Source: the human T2T-CHM13v2.0 reference genome, Homo sapiens. From it: DNA of 64,000 nt. Under the pieces are notes generated by a model. The model saw only the letters and a list, made by a program, of their open reading frames with translations, searched no databases and was not told the origin of the DNA. The stretch lies in NCBI RefSeq assembly GCF_009914755.1, contig NC_060930.1. The stretch is one strand, 5' to 3'. Positions 43,755 to 58,935 of this stretch are shown piece after piece. The translations under genes and the position numbers were made by a program. Numbering within the stretch: position 1 is the stretch's first letter; each line of letters starts with the position of its first letter.

Positions 43755-44908
43755 AAATCTGAAACTTTTATTGTTAAATTATGTATTTATTCCTTTAGTT
43801 CTGTCATGTTCTGCTTCTTATATTTTGGAACTCTGTTGTTAGGTGCATACATATTTATAATTGTTATATCTTCCTGATGGATTGGTATTGTAATCACTGT
43901 AAAATACACTATTATCATTGTAAAATATTCCTTTTTATCTCTAGTATTTTTTGTCTGTTTGACTTAAAGTCTATTTTGTTTGATATTAGCATAGCTATTC
44001 TTGCTCTTACTGTGGCAATTTGTATGATACCTTTTTCTTTTAGCCTATTTATATCTTTGAATCTAAAGTTTGTCTCCTGTAGATAGCATATAGTTGGATA
44101 ATTTTTAGTTCTTTTGATTGGATTGTTTAATTCATTCATTTTTAGTGTTACTATTGATATGGCTGGATTTGTGTCTGCAATTTTAATTTTTGTTTTCTAT
44201 ATGTCTCGTGTTTTTGTGGCTTTGCTTCTTCTTCTTTGCTTTCTTTTGCATTATTTTCTAGTTTAACAACTTAATTTCTTAAATTATTTTTAACTATATT
44301 TTTACATATTTCCTTAATGAATGCTTGATGGCTCACAATCTCCTTCTCAGTTTATCAGAATCTACTTAAGTTTATACTAACTTATGTCCAGTGAGATAGA
44401 AACACATTTCTTCTTTATAGCTCTAGGTCCTCTTCACTTGTTTTTGTGCTATTATTGTTATACTTACTACCTCTGTATATGTTACAAGCCCAAGAATACT
44501 ATTATACTTATTTATATAATTTTATGTTTTTTAAAGAACCTGAGACTGGAAGTGAGGGAAATAGGGCGTGCAGGAAGGAAGGAAGAGGAAGGAAAAGTGT
44601 GTGAAAGGGGGTTCCACCTCCTTTAGTGGATACCCTGAGCTTATTTCCAGGGGCCTTTGTAAATTCCCAGTGACAACTCTTTGGAAGATGAAATCCCCCT
44701 CTTCCCTGCATCTTATTAGAACAGTGTATCCTGGAGGACATCCCTTGCCTTTCACCAAGTGACCCTATACTGGCGGCAGAACTTCTCGATTTTGCGGATT
44801 TCAAAATGGCTCCACGTACTCATAGTTTTCATGACAGACTTCATTGCGATAGTCAAATACTGTTCCACTTACTGCAGTTTCCTACAGTCTGGGTTTTGTT
44901 CAGTTGAA

Positions 44909-44918
44909 ATTAAATAAA
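44909..44918 (+). terminator. candidate distal poly(A) signal (overlapping ATTAAA/AATAAA) for a long 3' UTR
   Basis: gaaATTAAATAAAttttatgcac; position agrees with my unverified recollection of a very long annotated CEP43 3' UTR. Confidence 0.5.
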
Positions 44919-45081
44919 TTTTATGCACAAACCTTTCATGGCTGTCTGCGATCTTTTAAAAAATGTGAACATGTACAGGATGATAAGTTCTAAGGATGTA
45001 TGTTCTGCAAAGCCTCAGAGCAGGAAGTAGAAGTACACTTGTACATTAGAAGATGAATATGCTTTTGGAGTTTGGACTCCA

Positions 45082-45457
<376 letters not shown>

Positions 45458-46691
45458 TAACCCACTGACATACCAGGGAACTTTTGAAATGTAACCTTTC
45501 AAAAACTGAAGCTTGAGAAACTTTGTTTTGTTGTACTCTGTATCAATGGAGGAGGCATGTGTTCTATAATTGATAATAGTTAATGAATGTCTGCTGGGCT
45601 TCATTGACCCATACATTACCTTAAAATCAAATGATGATTTCTTAAAGTCTAGACATTCCCTAGAAATGGGAACATTCTGAGTTTTAAGTGCTAAGTCAGA
45701 ATAGGTGTTAAAAGGAGCCTTTGGAAAAACAGTTTGTCAGTTTGCACACATCTATGTTTTAGGTGCAATAGCAAATAAACACAGTACATGAACGAATGAG
45801 TGCTCATGGGAAATAAGAGGTGGTCTTATCTAAAGGAAAGTACTGTGGGCCATGGTCGGAATCCTAGGGTTCCGGATCCTGCCATGCCACTCGCTGGCAG
45901 CCTGGTTGGCTTCCCCGGGCTCCACCTTTCACCAGCGGGAGCGGAACTGTTTCTCATTGTTTCCACTCTGGGCTGTTGGAGCCCCAGGGCTCTCAGGGTG
46001 TTTCAGGGGGCTGTGGACAGGGAGAGGAACAGCACTTTTCCCCTAAGATTTACAAAGAGCAATTCTCCTTAAACAACTGGTTTATGAAAAGCTACTGGAC
46101 TAAGTTCTCCCAGCCCCAACTTTCTGGCACTTTAGAAACTGTCCATTTCCACCGAGTGGCTGGCCTCACTTAGGATTGCAGTGAGCAAGCTGCCTGGATG
46201 GTGTGATCACCTGGGAAGGAAAGCAAAGCTTTCTAGAGAAGACCAGTGGGACCTCTGTGTTGCCAGCTGAACGTGTTCTGAGGTAACATCAAATCCTGAT
46301 GCTCTGGCAGACCGTTCAGGCCTCTGTTAGAAGATAAGCGTGCCTGCTCATGTCTAGGGAAGCTGTGTTCAAAGTCAGTGAAAGTGATGACTAAAATTAT
46401 TTTATATCTTAAAAGCACCTCCTCTCCCAAAATGCTAAAACTACTTTGTTTTTCTACTTCTAGGTAGGTATTTAAATCAGATCATCTACATAAAATAACT
46501 ACTAGCAGCAAAAAGAAAAAATAGGTCATTTATCCGGCTCATATTTTCAAGTCAAACCACTTGAGTTGTGGGAGTGGTTTATCAGCAGCTATTTCCACCT
46601 CTTTGAAAAAGAGAAACAAAAAACATTGCCATGGGCTTAGAAAAATATTTGGCAATGCATCTCCTAAGAAACAGTGGAAAGCCTTTCATTT

Positions 46692-47002
<311 letters not shown>

Positions 47003-47638
47003 TACATTTATTTTTCTACTGAGGAAATAAGTTGAGGGCTTAGAAGACTTGGAAAAAAATATGGGTTTTTAGAGGAAAATAGTGTTTAAATGAGCAACTT
47101 TACAAGAACAACGATTTGGTTGATTTCTCGAGGTGAAGTGAAGATGGAGACGGAAAGTGGCAGAGCCCAACAGAATGTGAAAGACAGAATCCAGGGCCAG
47201 GAGGAGAAAGTTCAACAAGGAGAGGAGGAGCTGGAGACAGGGGAGGAGGAAGGGCAGGAGAGGACACGCTGGACACGGTGGGGGTGAGCCCACTGCGAGT
47301 CAGTGCTCCCAAGGGGAAAGAAAGCGAACAGTAATGGATTTCTGCGCTCATTGCAATAATTGGGGTTTTTTGGCTGCTCTTATCAGAAGGGGCTGTCGAC
47401 CGATATTGCTGCCATGGCATTCATGTGTCACCACCACGCACAATACCCTTATCACTTCTATCAGTGATTGACTTTACTGTATTTATTAGTCACAGAAGCC
47501 TCCTGGGAGGAAATATTCTCAACTGCACTGGTGTGGAAAAAATAATCTCTTCTTGTAAGGTGCTTGCTTCAGGACTGAATAAAATCCTGTAGACTTTCCA
47601 CATCCTAGTTCTGAGAATACTGTAATACATATGGAATA

Positions 47639-47929
47639 CAGTTATTCCTGAGTACCCGTGGGGCTTGGTACCAGGACGCCTGAGGATACCAAGTCTCTCA
47701 TATGAAATGGCATCATATTTGCATGTAACCTATGCAAATCCTCCTGTGTACTTTAAATCTCTATTATGATATCTAATACAATGTAAATGCTATGTAAATA
47801 GTTGTTTATTGTTTTTTAACTTGTATTTTTTTATTGTTGTATCACCTTTTGTTTTATTCTTTTAAAATATCTTGGTCTATGATTGGTTGAATCCACAGAT
47901 GCAGAACCCATGGATACAAGGGCTGACTG
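47639..47929 (+). mobile_element. MER2
   Basis: TA|CAGTTATTCCTGAGTACCCGTGGGG...GGATACAAGGGCTGACTG|TA. Confidence 0.85.
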
Positions 47930-48113
47930 TATATGCATAATATATAGAAAGCATAATATATACAGAAATGAATGCTCAACAGATTATTTTTATAGGTGAT
48001 GTTTACTTCCCAACCTAAATAATTTTCCAAAACTGAGTTGAAGATTTTCAGAATTCTCAGAGATTTATTTGTGTATTGAAAAAGGAGCTCTCTCTCTATA
48101 CATTTAAAAAAAA

Positions 48114-48405
48114 ATTTTTTTTTTAGGCAGAATCTTACTCTGTCGCCCAGGCTGGAGTGCAGTGGCATGATCTCAGCTAACTGCAACCTCTGCCTCCTGG
48201 GTTCAAGCGATTCTCCTGCCTCAGCCTCCTGAGTAGCTGGGACTACAGGCAAGTGCCACCACACCTGGCTAATTTTTATATTTTTAGTAGAGATGGGATT
48301 TCAGTATGTTGGCCAGGCTAGTCTCGAACTCCTGACCTCAAGTGATCTGCCTGCGTCGGCCTCCCAAACTGCTGGGATTACAGGCATGAGCCACTGCAGC
48401 CGGCC
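48114..48405 (-). mobile_element. Alu (AluS)
   Basis: antisense dimer. Confidence 0.92.
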
Positions 48406-49506
48406 GCAAAACCTTAAGTTATATGAAATATTTAAATTATCTTGATAATACTTAAAGCCTTCCTGTGAGATGGAATATAGAGCCAAGCTGTATATTCTCA
48501 AGCTCTAACTTCCAGGATTCCTAATTGTTTTCTACAAACCATAGTATTGCAGACACTATTTAATATACCATATGTTCTCATGAGCATTTGAGAACATATA
48601 TATATTTGCAGAATTAATAACTTTTCCTTAATTGTGTGGGCTTGAAGAAGTAGTAGAAATATAGGCCACCATAGAGTGCAGACCAGAATAGGAAGCCTTG
48701 CAGAAGATTATCTTGCCATTTCTCTCCAGGGTAGCTGAATTTTCCACTGTGGTTTGACTTCTGTGGTTTCAGAGCTAATGTGTGCACTGAGAGTGTGTAC
48801 TGTTATGTAACAGCAACCATACTGTGGATGTGCTTGTCTGTCAGTGCCCACTCATACTTGGATAAAGTAAAACCCTGGTTAATGAGCTGACTCAGAGACG
48901 GGTGCTCTCATTAATTGAATTTTCTTCTTAAATGAAATATTTGGAAACTTTATTATTGAATACATATTTAAAATGCAAGCACATTCATTAGTACACTTCA
49001 TAATTATTCTTTAATGATTTAACTTTTTAATGACTTAAGACCTTTTATTAATCAGGGTCATCATCCTAAATATCAGTTATTGTTTAATACTTCAGCTGTT
49101 GCCATAGGAGAGAAGAGAAAGTCCTGCATGAAGCCTCCCAAGGCTGCTGTTTCCCAGCTGTTAACTTGTTTGTGACCTTTGGGTTACCCTTAGTCCATAG
49201 AGAATGGGGGAACCAGGAGTGGGAAAGAGCCTGGGTGCTGAATTACTGTGTGGAGCAGATTCTCCTCCTCAGAAAAGCTGATTAGATGATTGGGGTTTTA
49301 TGTGTGTAAGAAGGTTCTAGTGTGCTTAGTCACTGAGATTTTAACTTACACCTCAATTAGCATATATTTTCCATTTTCTAAGAATCATAAAATATCAGGC
49401 TAAATGTGTGCCAGGAGATTCTCAGCAAAGAGAGGACATCAAGAAAACTAAGTGGAAATTGGAACTAAAAATTCAATAAATGGAATAGATTCTCACTGGA
49501 TGGATT

Positions 49507-50752
49507 TGTTGATAAAAAGAGCCAAACTCTGTAAAATATTTGAAGAGGTTTATTCTGAGCCAGATGTGAGGGACCATGACCCATGACATAGCCGCAGGAG
49601 ATCCTGAGAACATGTGCCCAGGGTGGTTGGGTTACAGCTTGATTTGGTACATTTTAGGGAGACAGAAATTACAGGCAAAGACATAAATCAATACATATAA
49701 GGTTTACATTGGTTCAGCCCAGAAAGGAGGGACATCTCAAAGTGGAGTGGGAGGCTTCCAGGTCATAGGTAGATTCAAAGGTTTCCTGATTGGCAATTGG
49801 TTGAAAGAGCCTAATGAGTTGAAGTCAGCAGAAATAAATGTTTGGGGTTACGATAAGGTGGGTTGTGGAAGCCAAGATTCTTGTTATGTAGATGAAGCCT
49901 CCAGATAGCAGGCTTCAGAGACAATAGATCATCAGACTTTAAAAGTTGCCAGGCTCTTAGTTAAATCTCTCTGGATCAAAAAAAGGACTGGAAAGGGAAG
50001 GGGACTTGGTACAGAAAGTAAAGGAATGAAATGGCCTCTTAAAGATGTTTCTCGTCTTTGCAAGAGACAGTTTACAGGCCCACTTCAAAATACGTTGAAG
50101 AAATATATTTTGGAGTAAAATATTTTTTGATTTCTGGAGTAAAATATTTTTGATTTATTTCATAGCCTGCTATGTCATGTGATGTGGAATTTGGCATCTT
50201 ACTGGTACAAAGAGCCTATTTTGTTATTCTTAAGGTCTCTGTTTTGCCTGGGTGCGGTGGCTCACGCCTGTAATCCCAGTACTTTGGGAGGCTGAGGCAG
50301 GCGGATCACCTGAGGTCAGGAGTTTAAGACCATCCTGGTCAACATGGTGAAACCCTGTCTCTACTACAAATACAAAAATTAGCCCTGTGTGGTGGTGGGC
50401 GCCTGTAATTCCAGTTACTTGGGAGGCTGAGGCAGGGTATCACTTCAACCCAGGAGGTGGAGGTTGCAGTGAGCCGAGATTGCGCCATTGCACTCCAGCC
50501 TGGGCAGCAAGAGTGAAACTCTGCCTCAAAAAAAAAAAAAAAAAAAAAGGCTCTATTTTATTGTTAATGCCAGTCAGCTGTGCCAGAACTTCAACGGGAG
50601 GAGAGTATAATGAGGCATGTCCCCCTGCCCCGCCACTCCCCCTTCACATCATGGCCTGAACTACATTTTCAGGATTTTTTGGAATGCCTTTGGCCAAGAG
50701 AGGGAGTCCATTCAGTCGGTTGCAGGGTTTAGAATTGCATTTTTAGTTGACA
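49507..50752 (-). mobile_element. MER4-family ERV1 LTR with an internal sense Alu (50246-50548)
   Basis: aaactctgtaaaatatttgaagaggtttattctgagcc...cctgagaacatgtgccc...gtccattcagtcggttg...gttgaca. Confidence 0.85.
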
Positions 50753-52775
50753 GGTTCAAAAACACAACAAAGATAAAAGAGGAATGAGTCAGCTAACTTG
50801 AAGACGCACCAACAAAATTATCCAATTGAACAACAGAGAAAGAAAACTAAAAAAAATGAACAGAACCAGATAATTTTGGATTACTACCAAAAGGCTTAGC
50901 ATTTGTATTACTGGAATACTAGGAGAGGATGAGAAAGAATGAGTACAGAAGAAATATTTAAAGAAATAATGGTGAAGAACTTTCCAAATCTAGCAGAAAT
51001 GCTTAAACCTACAGATTCAAGAACCTCAGCACCCCCAAACAGGATAAATCCAAATAAATCCATGTCTAGATACATCAGGATCAAACTACTGAAAACTAGA
51101 CAAAAAAAGTTTTGAGAACAGCCACAGTAAAATAATTCATTACTTATTAGAGAAACAAGGATTCAAAGGGATGCTGATTTCTCATTAGAAATCATGAAGA
51201 CCAGAAGGAAGTGCTGAAACAAAGGAACTATCAGCTAGAATTCTGTATCCAGGGACAATGTCTTCCAGAAATGAAAGTGAAATCAAGATATTCCCAAATT
51301 AAGGAAAAGAAAGAAAATCCATTGGTAGGAGGTCTTTTCTAAAAAACTGCTAAAGAAAGTTTTTCAGTCAAAAGAGATGTGTTATCAGAGAAAAACATTA
51401 AACATCAGAAATGGTAATTATATAAGGAAATATAAGACTGTTCTCTTGGGTTTTAAAAATGATTATAATTTGATGGTTGAAATCAACAATTACAATATCT
51501 GTTGGGGTTTCCAATGTATGCATCGTATGTAGATGTAATATGATGAATTATTTTTACTCCTAACACTTCTGGCACTAAATACATGTTTTTGTTTTCACAC
51601 CAGCAACCAATTCTCCAACTCGCTGGATGCCAACTAGGTGTCCAGCAATTCAATTTAATTCTGACACTGACTACCTAGAGTTAGTGTCAAAACCCACAGG
51701 TTAAGGGCCCAGTCCCACAAGAATGTCCCACTTCAAATTTTAATCACAATTTCCAGTTCTTCTACATTTCTGACCAACTGGCTCCAAATCGGGAATTTTC
51801 ATGACCCCCCGCCCCTTGTGGTCAATAATTTGCTAGACCAGCCCACAGAACTCAGGGGAAACAGTTTATTTACCATATTGTTAAGTATGTAAATAAACGG
51901 CCAGATGAAGAGGTACATAGGGAAAGATCCAAAGGGGTCCTGAGCGTAAGAGTTCCTGTCTTCATGGAGTTGGGGTGCACCTCCTATCTGGAATGCGAAT
52001 GCATTTGCTGACCTGGAAGATCTCCAAACCCTTTTACTAAGGGCTTTTTGAGGGCTCTCCTACAAAAACATGATTAATTAAATCTGGCCATTGGTGACTT
52101 AGTATCCACCTCCTCTCCCTTTTCCAGAGGTTGGAGGGGGAGGTGGAGCTGAAAGTCCAACCCTCTGATTATAGAGTTGTTTTGTCTGATAACCAGACCC
52201 CATCCTGGAGCCTGGGGCCTACCAAGAGTCATCTTACTAGCATAAACTCAGGTATGGTTGAAAAGGGCTTATTGTCAATAACAAAAGATGGTTCTCCCAC
52301 TCCTATCACTCAGAAAATTACAAGAATTTTAGGAGCTCTGTGCCAGGAACTGGGGATAAAGACCAAATATATGTTCTTTATTATATATAGCTGGACACCC
52401 AGTTGGTGTCAGAAGAGTTGAAATGTTGTTCACTGGTGTAGAAAAAGCCCACATATTGGTGTCATACATGTTAGAAGTAAAAACAATGAGAGATAAAGGT
52501 ACCCATATGATGCTTAGCTTTCTCCATTTAACTTGAAGTGGTAAAATATTGATTCTAAGTAGACTGTGAAAATTTTGTTAACTGTGTAATGTAATTCCTT
52601 GAGTAAACACTTTTAAAACTATGAAAAAATACATAGTTAAATATACAACAGATAAGTATAGTATGCTACAAAATGTATAATTGGAAAGAAGGTAGGAAAG
52701 AGAAAACAAGAATGAAAAACAGAAGATAAAACAAAACAAATAACAAAATGGTAAACCTGAAGGCAAATACATCAA
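50753..52775 (+). mobile_element. old L1M ORF1/inter-ORF remnant (interrupted by MER21); resumes at ~59740-60290
   Basis: gaaatatttaaagaaataatggtgaagaactttccaaat, acagattcaagaacctcagc; later endonuclease remnant ataaaggatgaaaaagatata...aagaaagctggg. Confidence 0.7.
51545..52390 (-). mobile_element. MER21-family LTR (MER21C-like)
   Basis: caattcaatttaattctgacactgactacctagagttagtgtc...cccacaggttaagggc; homologous in opposite orientation to 58108-58935. Confidence 0.8.
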
Positions 52776-55700
52776 TGCTAACAGACATCTATAGAGCACG
52801 TTAGCCAAAAACAAAATATACATTTTTCTATATATATACACGAAACCTTCTCCGGGATAGATTATATGTTAGGCCAAAATCAAACTTGAATATATTTAAA
52901 AGGACAGAAATAACACAAAGTATGTTCTCCAGTCACTTTGGAATAAAATAGGAAATTAATAACAGGAAAAAATCTGGGAAACTCACAAATATATAGAAAT
53001 GTAAAGACACACTCCTAAATAACCAATGGATCAAAGGAGAACTCAAAAGGGAAATCAGAAAATACTTGGAGATGTATGAAAATGAAGATAAAACACACCA
53101 ACCTTATGGAATCCAGTGAAAGCAGATGAGGGCTTAGAGGACAATTTATAGCTGTAAATGCTTATATCAAGAAGGAAAAAAATAAATCAATAAGCTAATA
53201 TTCCACTTAAAGACACTGGGGAAAGAAGAGCAAACTAAATCTAAAGCAAGCAAAATGAAGAAAATAAAGATTAAAATGAAAAATAATGAAATAGAGAATA
53301 GAAAGACAATAGAGGAAATCAATAAAATTAAAAAACTGGTTCTTTGAAAAAAATCCAACAAAACTGACAATCCTATAGCTAGACTGGCCATGAAAAAGAG
53401 AAGATTCACATTCCTAGCATCAGAAATAAGAGAAGACATTATTTCTGACCTTGACAGAAATACAAAGGGTTGTAAAGGAAGAATATGACAGCAATTGTAC
53501 ATCAACAATGAAATAACTTAGATAAAGTGGGAAGATTTCTAGAAAGATATAAACTACCAAAACTGATTTAAGAAAATATCAAAAGTCTAAAAAGAATTAT
53601 AATAATCAAGATTGAATAGCTAAGCAAAAAATCTACCCACAAAGTAAAGCCCTGTATCAAGTGGTTTCACCACGGAATTCTACTAAATTTTTTTTTTTTA
53701 AATGAACACCAATTCTTTACAAATTCTCTTAAAAAAGAGGAGGGAATACTTTACAATTCATTTTATGAGGCTAGTTGCCCTGATACCAAAACCAGACAAA
53801 AACCTCATAAGAAATAAAAACTAAAGATGAATATATCTTATGAATAGATGCAGACATCATGAACAAATACTAGCAAACCAAATCCAACAGCATATAAAAG
53901 GAAATATCCACCATGACCAAGTGGAATTTTTATCCCAGGAATGCACAGTTGATTCAACATTTGAAAAATCAATTAATGTAATGCATAATAACAACAGAAT
54001 AAATACAAAAATTACATGATCATTTCAAAAGATGCAGAAAATACATTTGGAAAAATCCACACTCTGTCATAATATAAATACTCAAGAAACTAGGAATAGA
54101 AGAAAACTTCCTCAACCTGATAAAAGGTAACTATAAAAAACTCACTGCTACTATTATCCTTAATTGTGAAAACATGGATGCTTTCCCTCAAGATGAGAAA
54201 TAAGACAAGGATGATCGCTCTCTTCACTTATATACAACATTGTTCTAGAAGTTCTAGCCAGGGCAATTAGGCAAAAATAAAAAGAAAAAGCCATCAGTTT
54301 GGAAAGAAAGAAATAAAACTGTAGATGTTATGATCTTGTATATATAATAGTCTAAGGAATTCACTTTAAAAAAACTATTGGCACTAACAAGCTCAGCACG
54401 GGTGCAGGATATGAGATTAATATACAAAAATCAATTGTGTATTTTTACATATTTGCAATGAACAATCTGAAAATGTAATTAAAAATATTTGTTTATGATA
54501 GCATCAAAAATAAATTCTTAAGAATAAATTTAACATAAAAATTGCAAAACTTACTATACTCTGGAACTATAAAACATAATGAAAAAATCAAAGATCTAAA
54601 CAAAAGGAAATATATTTCATATTCATGGATTAGAATACATAACACTGTTAAAATGACAATACTCCCCAAATCGTTACACAGGTTAAAAGCAATCCCTATC
54701 AGAATCACAGAGATTTTTTGCAGACATCGACAAACTGATTCGAAATTCATATAGAATTGCAGGGAATCCACAATAGCCAAAACAATCTTAAAAATGAAGA
54801 GTCAACTAGGACTCATACTTCCTGATTTAAAAATTTACTACAATGCGATAGCAATCAATCAAGACAGTGTGGTACTGGCATAAAGATAGAAATACAAATC
54901 AATGGAATGGAATTGAGAGTCTGGAAGTATATCCATACATCTGTGGTCAACTGAGTTTTGAAAAAGGCTCCAGGACCGTTCAATGGGGAAAGAATAGTCT
55001 TTTCAACAAATTATACTAGGTGGAATGGATAGTCACATCCAAAGAATGAAGCTTGATCCTTACCTCACACTGTATAAAAAATTAACTCAAAATAGATCAA
55101 AGATCTAAATGTAAAACAAAAAAACTAAAACTCTTAGAAGAAATCTATTAGTTAGGGTTCCCTAGAGGGACAGAATTAATAGGATGGATGTAGATGTAAA
55201 GGGGAGTTTATTAAGGAGCATTAACTCACACAATTACAAGGTGAGGTCCCACAATAGCCCATCTGCAAACCGAGGAGCAAGGAAGCCAATCCCAGTCCCA
55301 AAGCTGAAGAACTTGGAGTCCGATGTTTGAGAGCAGGGAGTATCCAGCATGGAAGAAAGATGTAGGCTCAGAGGGTAAGCTAGTCTAGTTTTTTCACATT
55401 CTTCTGTCTGCTTTTATTCTGGCTGAGCTGGCAGCTGATTAGATTGTGCCCACCCAGATTGAGGGTGGGTCTGCCTTTCCAGACCCACTGATTCACTGAT
55501 TAACTGATTCAAATGTTAATCTCCTTTGGCAACAGGCTCACAGACACACCCAGGAACAATACTTTGCCTCCTTCAATCCAATCAAGTTGACACTCAGTAT
55601 TAATCATCACAAGTCCACCCCTTGTCAACTTGAACCCATACACATCTCCTGAAATCATACATAATCTGCAAATAAAGACAATAATAAGGTAATAATAATT

Positions 55701-55842
55701 ATGCCTAACATAATACAACCATCCTTCATACAACCAGAAACACACCAATCCCCAATTCAAATGCTATTACATAAAGTTAACAACATTTAAATGTTGATAT
55801 GAAGTCAATAAATCTTATGTCACTAAAGGAAAAAGGAAATAA

Positions 55843-56160
<318 letters not shown>

Positions 56161-56269
56161 AATGAAGATATTTTCTTAGTACAAGTGTATACATGCACAA
56201 ACGTGTTCTTAACGAAGGAGGAAATACTCATGACAATTACAGTCCTTGTTTTTGCAGCTGGTCATGTGG

Positions 56270-57300
56270 TCATAGCTGGTATTGATGACTACCTTCTTCT
56301 ACTACCCATTTTGTATTCCCTTTGCCTTCAGCAAGCACCTCAGGAGGTCGTGGTTTTTTTCCTGGTGGAGTGACCCAAACCTTCATTCCTGAAGAGTCTG
56401 AGCCATTTATAGTCCTGCCTGGATTGGGCTGTTGTAGTTTCCCATTGACCTTAATCATAGGGCATGGTAATACTAAGAGATGCCCTAGTGGATCTCCTGT
56501 ATTCCACACATACTCTTCGTTACCTCCACGGTGGAGTGAAATTAGTAGTGAAATTAATAGTAGACTAATTTCATCTTGATAGTTCGAGTCAGTCACCCCA
56601 GCCAACACTGTAACTCCCTTCTCTTAGCCTGTTGACTTAAAGGTAGGAGTAGCCCAAAGAGTCCAGGTGGCAATCTTAACTTCCAGTTTAATGGAATTGT
56701 TGTTATGTCTCCTGGTGGCAGTGTTCCTTCTTGTGGAACTAAGACTCCTAGGCCAGCAGGATGTAATGCTGTGGGAACAGGAAGCAAAAATTTTGCTAGT
56801 GGATCACTAGGGGTGATGGTGAATGGTGCCACTTCCACTTCCACTCCTTGATTCCTAGACTTGTGAATTGCAGCTATGGGAGAAACAGTACCATATATTG
56901 GATGCTGATTCAGAGCATACACAGCCTTCTGGAGAACTTTGTCCTGGCCCTGCAAACTGTTGTCACCTAGTTGGCATTGTAATTGTGACTTCAAAAGGCC
57001 ATTCCACTGTTCTATTAATCCAGCTGCTTCAGTATGAGGGGGAACATGGTAAGACCAGTGAATTCCATGAGCATGAGCCCACTGTCACACTTCTTTAGCT
57101 GTAAAGTGAGTGCAATGCTGTGTGGAATACCATCACAGTGAATAAAGCATTTTGTGAGTTCACAGTTGGTAGTTTTGGCAGAAGCATTGTGTGCAGGATA
57201 AGCAAACCCGTATCCAGGGTAAGTGTCTATTCTGATGAGGACAAAGTGCTGTCCTTTCCATGATGGAAATGGCCAGTATAATCAACCTGCCACCAACCAG
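56270..57300 (-). pseudogene. frameshifted HERV-L integrase C-terminus and dUTPase
   Basis: ORFs 56593..56994 (LQKAVYALNQHPIYG...IPLNWKLRLPPGLFGLLLP) and 56270..56608 (AGVTDSNYQDEISL, dUTPase motif 3-like). Confidence 0.85.
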
Positions 57301-58107
57301 CTGGCTGATCATCCCAAGGAATGGTGCCATATTGACAGCTCAGTGTTTAGATTAGATGGTGCCCATTCAGATTGAGGGTGGGTCTGCCTTTCCCAATCCA
57401 CTGACTCAAATGTTAATCCCCTTTGGCAACACCCTCACAGACACACCCAAGAACAATACTTTGCATCCTTCAATCCAATCAAGTTGACACTCAATATTAA
57501 CCATCACAAACCATACAGAGAAATCTTTATGACTTTGGATTTCGCAAAGGATTTTTAGATATGATACCAAAAGCATGAGGAACAAAAGAAAAATAAATTT
57601 GACTTCATCAAAATTAAAATCTTTGTGACCCAAAGGACATCAAGAAAAAACATGAAAAGAACAACCCAAAGAATGGTAGAGAATATTTGTAAATCAAATA
57701 AGGTACATGCATCTAGAATACATAAACAACTCTTGCAACTCAATAATAATAAACCCTAAATAATCCAGTTGAAAAATGGGCAAATATCTGAATAGATTTC
57801 TCTAAAGAAGATAAACAAATGGACGACAAGCACTTGAAAAGATGCTTGAATATTAGGGAAATGCAAATCAACCAAATACAACTTCCTATCCACTAGGATG
57901 GCTAGAATGAAAAGGTCAGATAATCACAAATGCTGATAAGGATATGGAGAAATCAGAACCCTCCTACACTGCTGCTGAGAATGAAAAATATCATAGCTAC
58001 TTTGGAAAACAGTTTAGCAGTTCCTTAAATGATTAAACATAGAGTTACCATACGACCAAGTAATTCCACTCATAGCTATATATCCAAGACAAATTGTGAA
58101 GACAAAT

Positions 58108-58935
58108 TGTGATATTGTGAAATATACATTTGGTATTTGATCCAATTTCCTGGCATACAACTTCTGAAATCCTTAGTATCTCCAAAGTGATGTCTTTTTG
58201 TATGCTAATGATTGGCTGATGGTTGGCTTCTCCTAGGTAGCTTCAGGATGGGGGCTGGTTAACAGAAAGACCAAGGCAAAATTAGGAGGTCGAAACTTTC
58301 AGCTCACTCCTAGCTCCAGGGAGGGGAGAGGGGCTGAAGGTTAAGTTGATCATCGGTGGCCAACAGTTTAATAAAATGTCTACATAATGAAGCCTCCATA
58401 AAAACACAAAAGGACAGGGTTTGGACAGCTTCTGAATCACTTAGCATGTGGAGGTTCCTAAAGAGTGGAGCACCTGGGGAGGACATGCAAGCTCTGAGCC
58501 CATTCCTCATACCTCAACCTATACATCTCTTTATCTGTGTCTTTTGTAATATCCTTTATAATAAACTGGTAAATGTAAGTAAGTGTTTCCCTGACTCCTG
58601 TGAGCTGTTCTAGCCAATTTATCTAATTTAAAGAGAGGGTCATGGGAACCTCAACTTAAAGCTGGTTGGTCAGAAGTTCCAGAGGCCCAGACCTGCGACT
58701 GGTGCCTGAAGGTGGTGACAGTTTTCTGGGACTCAGCCCTCAACCTGTGGGATCTGACACTACCTCCAGGAAGAGTCAGAATTGAATTGGAGGACACCAG
58801 CCCACTGCAGAACTGATTGCTTGCTTGGTGTGTGGAGAAAACCCTCCAACATTTGGTCACAGAAGTCTTCTGTGTTGATTGCAGTTATGCTGTGAGAATA
58901 TAGAAAATAAACAGTTTGTGTTTTTTCCATTTACA
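58108..58935 (+). mobile_element. MER21-family LTR (MER21A/B-like)
   Basis: TGTGATATTGTGAAATATACATTTGG...ctcaacctgtgggatctgacactacctccagg...gaattgaattggaggacacc. Confidence 0.82.

Noticed and set aside
56270-56994. Functional domesticated dUTPase or integrase gene
   Set aside because: Frameshifted between ORFs, with an internal duplication and loss of upstream pol
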